Shown here piece by piece: positions 15,449 to 27,200 of a stretch of DNA of 64,000 bases. Below the pieces are notes generated by a model. It was not told where the DNA came from. It worked only from the letters and a program-made list of their open reading frames with translations, and searched no databases. This DNA is from Octopus sinensis (lineage: Eukaryota), in assembly GCF_006345805.1 (NCBI RefSeq), contig NC_043002.1, positions 58,404,001 through 58,468,000 on the forward strand, in the 5' to 3' direction. The translations under genes were made by a program, and so were the position numbers. How positions within the stretch are numbered: position 1 is the first letter of the stretch; each line of letters begins with the position of its first letter.

Positions 15449-15463
15449 CTGAAGAACTCCCAT
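15449..15463 (-). CDS. lgl: candidate 15-nt Lgl microexon WEFF(R)
   Basis: cactaat branch-like motif, aatag|ATGGGAGTTCTTCAG|gtagta; phase 2-2, open. Confidence 0.35.
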
Positions 15464-15609
15464 CTATTTCCATGGAGGAGCAGACGTAAAATTACATGTA
15501 TATTAGTGGGGAAACAAGGCTACTGATGGTTTCACGTTAACTGGAATCTTAACAATTATCAAACCTGACATTGGTATTTGAATCCAAAATGGAGACGAGA
15601 ACCAATGTG

Positions 15610-15647
<38 letters not shown>

Positions 15648-17416
15648 AAATGCAGGGTCTAAGTATTTAATGTTTTAGGAGACTATAACAAAGTATTAGT
15701 TTGAATGTATGTGTAGATTATTTTGTTAAAATATACCAACTAAGAGTAACAGTGAAGCTTGAAGCAAACAATGGAGCAAACTTCTAAACTACACAGCAGT
15801 TGAATATCAAGCAGACTGGCATAAGATTGCATTATTTAATAAATGTACAAGTACAATTAGCAGTGAGAGCATCAAAGAAGAAATGAATTCCTGTAATTAT
15901 CCCAAAAGCTTGATAAATGTAATAGATAGCTTTGTTACCTAGGTAACTTAATTAGCAATGAGGGGGAACTGTGTAAAAGCACATCAACCAGAGTAAGCAT
16001 GGAGGTTGCAAAGAGATAAGGGAGGCGTTAGCTCTGTCACCAACAGAGGGATTGTCACTACAAATAAAGGATAGACTGTATGAGGGAAGCTCGGGTAGAA
16101 ATTGCAATAACAAGAGATTGGCACTGAATATAGAGGTTAAGAAACAAGGCAATGACATGCTCTGTTGTTTATGTAATGTCAGCATGCAGGAATGAGAGAG
16201 ATTTCGAGAGAGAAAAAATGGGCTTCAGAGGGATCTAGCATAGAGCTCAAATGAGAAAACTATAACATGGCTACAACTGGTGGGAAAATATCAAACAGTG
16301 GAGATCCACCCTGATAACTCATCTGTTATTTTTTTCTCTTTTCAGTTACACCTGACCATTCCAACCCGCTTTCCTAAAATCTGAGTAGCCATGTAACTCC
16401 TCTACATCAAGAAACCATTTCTGCTCTGGCCCCTACTTCTTTCATACTTTTACCTCTTGTTTCCTTCTGTAAAGCAATCCTCAAAGAGTTTGGGGTTTTC
16501 CAAGGTGCATGGTGACCTTACTTGTTGGTGACATGAAAAACACACCCAGAACACAGTGTAAACTAGTCGGCAACAGGAAGAGCATCTACCCATAGAAATT
16601 ATGCCAAAGCAGATACTAGAGAACAGTACAGTCTTGTGTTGGCGAGGGACAAAGGATCCTGTCAAAACATCCAACCCACACCAACATGGAACGCAGATGT
16701 TTAATGATGATGACAATGATGAAAAAAGGATGAGATATGAGCCTTATAGCCCCTAAAACAGAACTTTAATTAATCCTAAAAGAACACTCTCAGAACAACA
16801 TAACTAGATTTTCTGTCTACAATCCTAATTTGAATATATATTTTTTATTACAAAAAGTAGAACAGGTGAGTTACTTAGGTCTTAATGATTTTATAAAACA
16901 TTGTTTAGGAATCATCCAGGTCAATTGTGTTGATAAGATTGAATCTACCGAAGGTATATTGTTGTAATTCCAAATGAAACGCAGTAAAACTATGAAAATA
17001 GGGTGAAACTGGAGTGCATAAAAGAAAGTGTGCAGGTGAATATTAGATACAAAAATAAATAAATGAATAGATTTCCGATTGATAAATAAGGCTCAACTAG
17101 CAGGGGTGGAAAACAAATCATGTATTTGAAGAATCATTTTAAACTAGTAAAATTCCTACTGTCTTTTTCTTTTGTCATAAACAAATGTGTGATATTGAAT
17201 TAGTAGATAAAGTGAGTAAAAGCAGAACTGGAAAAACAGCTGAAAACAGAGAGAGGTTAATTAAATGCATTTAACTGACAGCCAGTAAGTTGAGTAATTA
17301 GTCAAGCTAAGATAGATTAGAACCAATGCTATTTGTGAGCAGTAAAAGAACTGAGAAGAAAATGCTGCATGCTGCTTTTTCAGCCAAGCATTGGCCATGG
17401 CTAACAAAATACTTAC

Positions 17417-17578
17417 GCTACATCTATGATACTATCTTGAGAGATATCACCAGTGGTGGTGGTGGTGGTGTCAGCCCGTGAATCATTGTGTTGGGTTTCC
17501 TCAATCAATCCCTCGATATTTTCAGCCACATCATTATTTGTCCCGGTGCCTTCCGGTCCTTCTGCTTCTCCCTCTCTG
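17417..17578 (-). CDS. lgl: Lgl exon L (acidic low-complexity tail)
   Basis: ttttccag acceptor (tandem CAGCAG), gtaagt donor; REGEAEGPEGTGTNNDVAENIEGLIEETQHNDSRADTTTTTTGDISQDSIIDV; phase 2-2; called from splice sites and frame, not homology. Confidence 0.8.
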
Positions 17579-19142
17579 CTGGAAAACATGGCGATAGAGA
17601 GGCATCGAGACCCAATAACCCAATGAATTGATGGCCCTTAGGCAGTGCTATAATTGTAAGTCTTTAAATTTGTCACTTTATATTAAATTAAGCCACCTAA
17701 TCAACCAATGAAATTAATCAAACACTGTACTTTTTCTCCTTTTATCATTTTTTTTCTTTTTACAATAATTTAAGTTTCACTTTTATGCCTTCAATATTTC
17801 AGACACTTTAATGAAGGATTAACAGCTAATTACTATAAAGTAGTGCATGAAAATACACTGAACAGGAATTCTATTTCAAGGAATTTAACATCAAAATGAA
17901 GGAAATTCTTCAGCCAGTTCTTAACTGTGTTGGTAAAAACAAGCCACAGAATGAGGATTTTAAATTCTTTTTTACTGTACAGTATGAAAACCACTTCCAT
18001 CACCTTGTTCAAAAATTAAGCAAATATTAATGGCAATTTCACAAAATTTATGGAACTTTTGGATTTCAGAAGGTCTCGTTTTCCTATCTTACAGTATGAC
18101 CTTGATTGCTGAAAAATATTACACTATTTACTTTCTCCTCTTTCAATGATACCACAGATATACTGGGTCCTGTCCTTCAGACCAGCACCTGCCTCCTCTA
18201 CAAAACAGAAACTATTTGGGTGGAGAAGATAAACTTCAATTATTGTAATTCATCATTTATGTATTCTTCAGATGCCATTAAATTACGATAAAGAAAAAAA
18301 GAGGAATGGGGAGTGGACAAGCTCCTGTAATACTCTTTAAGAGGATAGGAAATAGTTGGAAAAGTTCTAGAAGCATTAGTGATTGATTTGTTAAGAAGCA
18401 TAGTTCCCTTAATCTTTATGGTCAAGTGCAGAGAAAGGCTATATATATATATATACATACATACATACACATATATATATATATATATATATATGCATAA
18501 TAACAACACCAAAAGGAGAGAAGGGAATACCAGGCAATCTCTAAGATGTAATATCCCCATACAGAGAAAGGAACAAAGCTTCACATACAAACATAATAGA
18601 ATATATATATATATATAATACCTACAGAGTAATGAGAACTGGACAAAATCTATACTAAATGAAATGACAAAAACCATGCAATTTCTTCCACAATATTAAA
18701 AACTACAAAATAGTTATATAAAGAATAAAATTATAAATTACATCCGTAATTTTAAAAGAGTTGAAGCTAATTGTTGTAGTTAGGGTTATAGTTTGGCTTA
18801 TTAGTGACATTGAAACAACAGTTTACAATAGAAACATGCAGTTATAACAACAGGTTTATATAGTTACTATGGAAAAAAAAAAGAAAAAATATTCAACATT
18901 TTTACTTTTGTTAAATTTAAATGGATATCACATGGCACCATCTCACAAACTGGAGTGAAATTTGAAAATTTACCATTTAACTGAATTTGATGTGACATCA
19001 ATTTAAAATCCAAGTCAAAGAGACAGAAACACAGAGAGAGAGAGAAAGAATGATTCACTGAAAATTAACCCTTTCATGAACAGACTGATTTAAAATATGA
19101 ATAGTATTTTGAACAGTAATGCTGTAAAAATTCAACAGTATA

Positions 19143-19545
19143 GGCACAAGAGTGGCTGTGTCGTAAGACGTTTGCTTCCCAACTTCATGATTTTGGGTTC
19201 AGTTCCACTCTATGGTACTTTGGGCAAGTGTCTTCTACCATAGCCTCAGGTCAATCAAAGCCTCGTAAGTGGGTTTGGTACACATAGACTGAAAGAAGAT
19301 TGTTGCACCTGTGAGAGTGTGTGTGTGTGTGTGTGTGCGTGTGTGTATGCACATGCGCATCTTTGTGTTTGCCTGCCACCACCACTTGACAACTAGTTCT
19401 GGTGTGCTGCTAACATCCTCGGAACTTAGCAGTTCAAGCACCAGGCTTCAAAAGAACAATTACTGGGGTTGATTCGTTTGGCTAAAATCCTTCAAGGCTG
19501 TGCCCCAGCATGGTCGCAGTCTAATGACTGAAACGAGTTAAAGGT
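19143..19545 (+). mobile_element. tRNA-derived SINE family 2, representative copy
   Basis: gtggctgtgt.gtaaga.gtttgcttcccaac...gggttcagttccac, internal (GT)n, tail ccccagcatggtcgcagtctaatgactgaaac; other copies near 7600-7960, 13690-13890, 30530-30890, 44640-44780, 62465-62620. Confidence 0.75.
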
Positions 19546-20326
19546 AATAAACCAAGTTACTACTATCATTATAAACAAACCACATCAATTAGTGCTATGA
19601 ATGGAAGTATTAGTGTTCAGGGTTTCTAATCATGAAAGGGTTAGTAGCAAACAAGAGATGACAAATTACAACACGTTGGATGCCAAAGAAACAGATATTT
19701 CTTCAGAGATGAAAGAAAAAGACCCCACTAAATGAGAATTGGCTCTGAATGAGGAGTTTCTGGCCGAATGTACTCACGTGAAATACCGTTCCAAATAAAA
19801 TCCCAGAACAATTTGATAGAATTGCAAACCCACAGAAAACCCCTATGATTCTTTTAATTTGTTGAAAATGAAAAATTAGCACATGCAGCCAAAATTAATT
19901 TCTTTAGAGATATAAAGCTCTAAACCTGATAATATTTGTAAAAAATTTAATGTATCCATTAAGTTAATTTAACCCTTTGCCTGTCTTGTGTATCACATGT
20001 GGTACACATGACATATTTTCATGGCATCCATGCATCATGTAGGATACACATTCCCAATTTTTGCTGACTACCAGAGTAACTTGGGACTTATAAAAAGAAA
20101 GCTTTATATTACTCACAATGTAAGAGACAAAGAGAAACTAAAAGTCTGAAAACAAGCAAGGACATTTAGGACAAATTGGTCAAAATGCTTTGGACAGGCA
20201 AAGGGTTAAAAAAAAGGAAAAATAGAAACCTTAAATAGTATTAAATTAATGAAAAGTGGATTTAAATAAACACTCATGCTCCCACTAACAATTTTAGGGG
20301 AACATTGAGCAGCAAACAGATCTTAC

Positions 20327-20572
20327 AGTTCATTAGCAGGGTTCTCTGTGGATGGGGCATTCACTTGTTCTGAAGGTTCTGCAGGCTGTTGTTCTGTTTC
20401 TGGCAAAGCTTCAGGCTCAGCAACTGGTTCAGGTCGCATTCCCTCTGCCAATTCTATGGTGCAGTTTGGTTGTGTGACATAACGTTTTGATAACGATGTT
20501 CGGCAAAACTCAGACGAACAGATCAAATGGAACCCTTGACCATTCTTTGTGAAAATAAAAGATGAAATGCCA
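20327..20572 (-). CDS. lgl: Lgl exon K
   Basis: ttccag/gtaaga; GISSFIFTKNGQGFHLICSSEFCRTSLSKR followed by a P/E-rich tail; phase 2 to 2. Confidence 0.93.
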
Positions 20573-21061
20573 CTGGAAAAGAAAAAAAAAAAGAAAAAGA
20601 CAACAGGTAAGTAACCAAAATGGAAAACACAGGGTTATTGTTTTTAACATACACTTTTCCATGCTTTCATGGATCGGATGGAATTCATAAAGGCAGATTT
20701 TCTACAACCAGATGCCTTTCCTGATGCCAAACCTCACCTGCTTCCAAGAAAAGTAATATTTCTTCATAGTCAGAGACGTTTATGCAGAATATTGGAAATG
20801 GATGACACTGCTTATATAACAGTGACAATCATTTACAACTGTCAGATGATGTCAGCACAAGAAGACACAGACCAACACTCACATATATACACAAACGTGT
20901 ATACATGCATGCATATATACATACACACACACACACCATGCAGCTGTTTTAATTAAATACTGCTATGTCTCAATCATGTATACCAGATTTTTATTATATA
21001 CATAACTGGCTAAAACATATTTAAAATAAAAAGCATAAAAGAATTTCATTTACATTTCATA

Positions 21062-21303
21062 CTTTATGCTCAACAACCGTTTCACAAAGACAGACACACC
21101 ACCAAATGTATGATTACATAATTGTCATACAATTAATGTAATTTAAATTAAGTTAAACCAGTAACAGTTTTCTGATTAACACAACAATACTGACAATTTA
21201 GGTATATACAGTTTTTAAATCAATTTAAATTAATCATGTACACAATTATGTAATTATATATTTGGTGATGCTTGTCTTAATGAAACAGCTGTTGAGCAAA
21301 AGA
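21062..21303. repeat. older imperfect inverted repeat
   Basis: tgctcaaca..tttca..aagaca..caccaaat..attacataattgt mirrored at 21240-21300. Confidence 0.7.
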
Positions 21304-21496
21304 GTGCACTGTGAGATTAATGTTTTTCTTTTACACACACAAACATACACACACACACCAGACTCCATTCACCTTTAAATAAATTGTAAATGACCAATAA
21401 ATAATGCTTTTCTTGAATTTGATAATGTAGGAATTGTTGAACTAATGTTGATTCACATACTGAAAGAAATCATAAAAAATGAAGACTATAACTTAC

Positions 21497-21617
21497 TTTA
21501 GGTCCTCTTTCTTAATGGAATTTTCTGCCAGCTGTAACCGAAGACTTGGTAGAGTGTAGATTCTTAATTCTCCAAGATTGGTCAAGCAAGCTATATCAAA
21601 TTCACTGTAATTTTCAT
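21497..21617 (-). CDS. lgl: Lgl exon J
   Basis: ttttag/gtaagt; DENYSEFDIACLTNLGELRIYTLPSLRLQLAENSIKKEDL; phase 1 to 2. Confidence 0.93.
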
Positions 21618-22224
21618 CTAAAACAAGGGAAAACAAAATGCATAATGCTGACATGCCATACACTACATGCTACAATCAAGGATATGTGCTTACGGGCATT
21701 ACAATTTTGCCATACTTCTTTGGAGTAATGTTACCCAACAGGGTGCACAGCTCAGAGATGAAAGAGTGTCTTTGCGTCTCCACATTGAGAGGTCACAACT
21801 CCAATACTATTGATGTGATTGGAATATTGCTGAAAAGAATCATAAGATGGACTCTTCAAGTCAAGCTAAGCCAACCACAGGGGGAAACCTAAGGGTAGAC
21901 CAGGATCAAGAGGGTTGGATAATATCCATAACCTCAGTTGGTCATGCTTGGGAATGTAACTGGAAATTGTAATGGCAGGTACTTCTTACAAGACTCTATG
22001 GAGGAGGTGTGTGAGGATTTTCCTTCCATGACCATCCAAGAAATAGTGGACAGAGAAAATGGAGGGATGGTCAAAAAGAACCAATGGCGCTGTTTCTTTT
22101 ACATAGCTAAAAAAGCAAGAAATTCAGAGACAAAGTGAAGATGAAATCACAGAGTATTCATTACCTTTGCAAAGTAAATTTGCAACATAAACAGACAATA
22201 ACTGAAGGTTGTATTCCAGATAGA

Positions 22225-22333
22225 ACTATCTTTCTCTTCTAATTAATTATCTTTTTCTTCCAATTAATTATCTTTCTCTTCCAATTAATTATCTTTCTCT
22301 TCCAATTAATTATCTTTCTCTTCCAATTAATTT
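22225..22333. repeat. 21-bp minisatellite, about 5 copies
   Basis: (ttccaattaattatctttctc)n. Confidence 0.9.
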
Positions 22334-23488
22334 TAGACAGCTGCAGGTCTCCCTGATGCTAAACATTTGGCTGTGAGGTTAGAATAAACCAGTACAGCAA
22401 AAGTATGCTAGGCACAAGGCCTGAAATTGTTGGGGGAGGAGGCTAGTTGATTAGATTGACCTCCAGTGTGTAACAGGTACTTAATTTATTGACCCCAAAA
22501 GGATGGAAGGCAAAGTTGACCTCGACAGAATTTGAACTCAGAACATGAAGACAGACAAAATACCACTAAGAATGTTGCTTGGCGTGCTAATGTTTCTGCC
22601 AGCTCACCACCTTAAAAGTGAGATAATAATAATAAAATATACTTTGCACATGAGATGAATACAACTGGAGATGGAAACAGAATTATACATGCATTATTTT
22701 CCCTTCAAGATTTTACCTCAATAATTCATTTAAATACTTCCATGCTACAGGTAATTATTGTTTTTAACTCCACAACATCATCATTGTTTAACCTGTAATG
22801 AGTCATTAATGTAAGTTGGAAGGAATGTCTCCTTTATGTAACATGTTCGTGTTGTAACATGATGTATGTAGAAAGTATTGTCAGAAGGCAGTGCATTTAT
22901 AACAAAGCAAACTTTATTTAATTCAATGAGTGCTGCTAAGTAGTAACAAAGATAAGTGTCCAACTGCAGACAAGTATTGAGAGTTGAGGCCTTTATGTGT
23001 ATGTAAGGTATGTATGTGAATCAGAGAAGCTGAAATAACTTATGTAGGCATGAATGAGAAGCTAGAAGTGGTAAGTTGGTCTGTGTTAGATGGGACAAGA
23101 AAGAATTATTCACGGTATCAGTTGCGTTGAGGGAACTGGACTGTAAAATGTGTCCACAATGCTAAGTTGATGCAAGAAACTAGGAGCTGTTCATGATGAA
23201 GAAAATTCTGAGTTGGTTGTCCCCGCATCCTTCCACTAACCAAATTGAAAATGGCGCACAACATCTAGCTCCAATTGGCTGAAGTGACTACAGCACAACT
23301 GTGCTAATGCGTGGCCACCAAATATGGGTTCCCAGGTGACTACAAACCCTATCATGCCATGTTCTTGGTACAGTGGGAATAGCCTAAATGACATCTCAAC
23401 TAGATTCCCATTAAAATGGTAATGAACAATACATGTAAAATACTCAAAATAGACAGCCAATCATATTGCAGCTTTGTAGTCAATGTGT

Positions 23489-23716
23489 TTAACCCTTTCG
23501 TTACTGTATTTATTTTGAGATGCTCTGTGTTTCTTTCAGTTACTTTAAATATAACAAAGAATTTAGTAAAATTACTTAGTTATCATTAAGCTAGTGTTGG
23601 GAACATAAATTGTGACTAAAGTTTAGTGGAAGATTTTAATTCAAAACTCATGAAAACAAGACATTTGTACACAGAGCCAAAGCCGGTTTCAGCCGGGTTG
23701 GTAACGAAAGGGTTAA
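23489..23716. mobile_element. TTAA-flanked MITE of about 230 bp (piggyBac-like ends), representative copy
   Basis: ttaaccctttcgttac...gtaacgaaagggttaa terminal inverted repeats; further copies near 600-825, 4450-4862, 31606-31833, 41198-41424, 49329-49677, 54594-54695. Confidence 0.8.
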
Positions 23717-24878
23717 GACTCATTGTTAATTGTATCCACAACAGCTGCTTTTTACTTTTGCTTTTAATTAAAAGAAAACATGGATTTTTTTTTTGCAATG
23801 AAATGAATGTGTATGGAACCCTGCACTTCGTCTGGTAAACGAGAAAGGCTTAGACTCGTTACAGTTCAGGAAATTATTGATGATATTTATTCTTTGGATG
23901 AAGAGTTTACTGTTATGCAAACCATCAAACTGAGAGGAGTAAAATAGAGATTTGGGTGAATAAATGAAGAAGTTGAAAGGAGGTAGGCCTATTATTGTTA
24001 TTCTCCTGAATTGTTTTGTGATTCTGTCCATTAAGTTTGCCTGCAATCGTTACTCTTGAGTGCATCTGCAACTATTTATTTTATTTTTGTTGCTCAGGAT
24101 CCCAGGTTAGACAGGAGGCCCAGGTGTGAGAGGGTTAATGTCTTTTCCATGCTGGTATAGGCTGGATAGTTTGAGAGGATGTGGTAGGTCTGAAGATTGC
24201 ATCATGCTCCTACGCCTGCTTTGGTATGGTTTCTATGGCTGGATGCCCTTCCTGACACCAACCACTTTACAGAGTGTACAATGTGCTTTTTATAATGCAC
24301 CAGCACTAGCAGGGTCGCCGTGTAGTCTGCAAAACTAAAAACTCTTTCAAGTAAGTGGGACTACAGCTTTACGTTAGAAGAGGAGGGTTTAAACTATGAC
24401 AGAAGTGGGGAAGAGAAGAACATGTTAGTAGTGTAGAGAAGATGCATATTATCAACATTATTTAATGTCCATTTTCCATACTGGCATGGGTTGGACAGCT
24501 TGGAGCTGGTAATCTTCAGTTTTGGCATGGTTTCTATGGCTGGATGCCCTTCCTAATGCGAACCACTTGTCTATTCACACATGATAGAAAAGAGAGATAG
24601 TCAGAATGACCAAAGTGGAGCTGGAAAGAGAAAAATAGTGATGATGACGTGTCAGGATGGACCTTAAGAACAGACAACTCCATTATAATTCTACAGCCAG
24701 TGTGAGAAATAAAAGAAGACAGTTACAATGGCAACTGTAGCTGGTAATGGCAATAGTAATAATGATGATAATATAGGTCACATCTCAATTTATCACTGTG
24801 GTGGGGTGGGGGTAGTGGTAATAACTATAAGTATGGAAGGTGATAGTGATGATGAAATTTTATTGAGAAGTTACTTAC

Positions 24879-24984
24879 CACTACGACTCCTGAAGTTGAC
24901 AAAAGACACTTTCCGAACCATTGATCCATCTATGACTGTAAGTTTGCGCTTGCACACTGGTTTTAGATTAGGAAGGGAAAATAC
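24879..24984 (-). CDS. lgl: Lgl exon I
   Basis: ccacag/gtaagt; VFSLPNLKPVCKRKLTVIDGSMVRKVSFVNFRSRS; phase 0 to 1. Confidence 0.93.
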
Positions 24985-26250
24985 CTGTGGATGGCAAAAC
25001 AGAGAATGGAAAAAAAAAACTGTACTAAATGTAAAGACCATTTCATAAACAATAAAAAAAAATTCATCAAAGGGATACAATTCCTATTTTAAACCAGTCA
25101 AAGTATTCTATGTAGAGCCGGACACAATTGGTGGAATAAAAACCTCAAATGATATGAATAACATGTCAAATGGTATAAAAATTCAAATGGCATAACTTAA
25201 ACCCAAAATGGTATGAATAAAACCATAAATGCCAGGAACTTCTAAATGGTTACTTATAAATAGCAAGATTCATCAACTGGAGAATATTGATTTCAAAATG
25301 ATACAATTGGGATTATGGCTTTCCACAAATTTGAGAGACATTGTTACAAGTAATCCAAACAGGCATTTTTAGAGATTAGATACCATTTCTACAAGCAATC
25401 CATTCATTCATTTGTCAAAGAGATATTGGAACCTATGTTAACCATCAGGGTACACGGACAGGATGCCAAAAGCACTCTTGCTGAAGGACAAGAAGCCGAA
25501 CAGACATAAAGCTGAATGAACAAGATGCCAAAAAGACATGTGAAAATTAAAATATATGATAACCATTTTATTCCTCAATATGACCATTTGACAGGCTAAA
25601 ATGGCCATTAAATTGTGTCCGAGTGGCTTTATGTCCATTCAGCTTCTTGTCATTCAGCAAAAGTGCACCTGACATCCTGTCCCTGCACAACCCTAAACTG
25701 AGCCTTAAGGTGTGACGAGACACATGAAGGTAACAAGACTGGCAGCAACAGTAGTTGCTGAATCTGCAGTTTTTGCACCAAATGTCACCATTTTTGACTC
25801 CAGCTTTTTACCTTTCTGAGATCAATAAAATAAGCACAACAATATACTACTGGTATAATTAATTTGATTACGTGCTTTTTGGAATAACGTTGCAACTAAA
25901 ATTAGAAGCCATTATTACAATTATACTATGTAACAATTACACAAAGGAGAGGCTTTACCATGTCAGCTTTTCAGACCAGCCTAGGCTGATTGACAGAGAA
26001 AAATAGGCGAGATTAATTCAGCTAATCTAAACATAATTTACACATTTATCTATCCTAAAATATACGCACCAAATAACCTCATGTAGTTTTTAGTTCGTAA
26101 TTTCGACTCTTTTGATACCAACTTGCCTAACACCACTCACTCATTCTATGATACAAACTTCGGGTTTTTTAGTGGTCAACATTAAAAACCTACCAAAATT
26201 TTTCATGTCAATTTGTGTTCTAAACTCCAGCTTATTATTATTATTATTAT

Positions 26251-26283
<33 letters not shown>

Positions 26284-26431
26284 CAGTAGTAGTAGTAGTA
26301 TTTCACTAAATTCTTCGTTATTTTCAAAATTAATCAAAAGAAAAGGCAGTGTATTTCAACAGAAATCTGCCAACAAAATGTGTTTTAAACCCGTTTTAAG
26401 GGCATGAAATTTCAGCCAAGAATTCACCCAC

Positions 26432-26715
26432 CTTGAACTGTTCTTCTGAACAAACAACTAGTTGGTGTTCCCCACTCATATCGGCAGCCTTGGCACGTTC
26501 GTGTAACACTTCAAGTGGCTCTGGTAGCACACGAGCCCTTTTGTCGATAACAGCCATAGAAATGACAGGAGCTCTATGGCGTAGTTTTATTTCTTTAGCA
26601 AGGAATGAACTAACAGATTCAGAGGCACGTTTGTCACTTGGTGGTATTGTTATTGTGTAGATATATACGTATCCAGCATTGGTACCTACCCACAGTGTAG
26701 GTTGATGAGATGTAT
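26432..26715 (-). CDS. lgl: Lgl exon H
   Basis: ttgcag/gtgggt; TSHQPTLWVGTNAGYVYIY...AKEIKLRHRAPVISMAVID...LPEPLEV...HQLVVCSEEQFK; phase 1 to 0. Confidence 0.95.
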
Positions 26716-26802
26716 CTGCAAAAAAAAAAGAAAAGAAAAAATTTAATTTTTGGTCAATGTCATCATTTACAGTTCCATATTTAAGAGATGAGGAATTATG
26801 AA

Positions 26803-27200
26803 CATTATTTACATTAGATGGATATTTATCCTCATCTTGTTTGTTGATAACACGTTTCGGCTGATATACCCTCCAGCCTTCATCAGGTGTCTTGGGGAAA
26901 TTTCAAATCTGGATTCTCATTCCTAAGGTATTTTTTGATGATATTATTATTATTTTTGTTCATAAATAACACGGAATCTTGGGATTAGTAGCCCGCGTTC
27001 TTAACCATTGCGCCAGATACCCATGGGAACGCCACCGCCACCACCACCACCACCACCACCAACGAAAAATACCTTAGGAATGAGAATCCAGGGTCAAAAT
27101 TTCCCCAAGACACCTGATGAAGGCTAGAGGGTATATCAGCTGAAACATTGTGTTAACAACAAACAAGATGAGGACAAATATCCATCAAATGTAAATAATG
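26803..27200. mobile_element. inverted-repeat element with a minimal hammerhead-like motif in each arm
   Basis: arms about 26803-26935 and 27065-27200; each has GACAC-CUGAUGA-a-ggcu(g/a)-loop-cagc(c/u)-GAAAC..GUGUU. Confidence 0.75.

Noticed and set aside
19771-19844. Strong minus-strand donor CAC|gtgagt
   Set aside because: The nearest AG gives a 65-nt frameshifting exon with a poor pyrimidine tract
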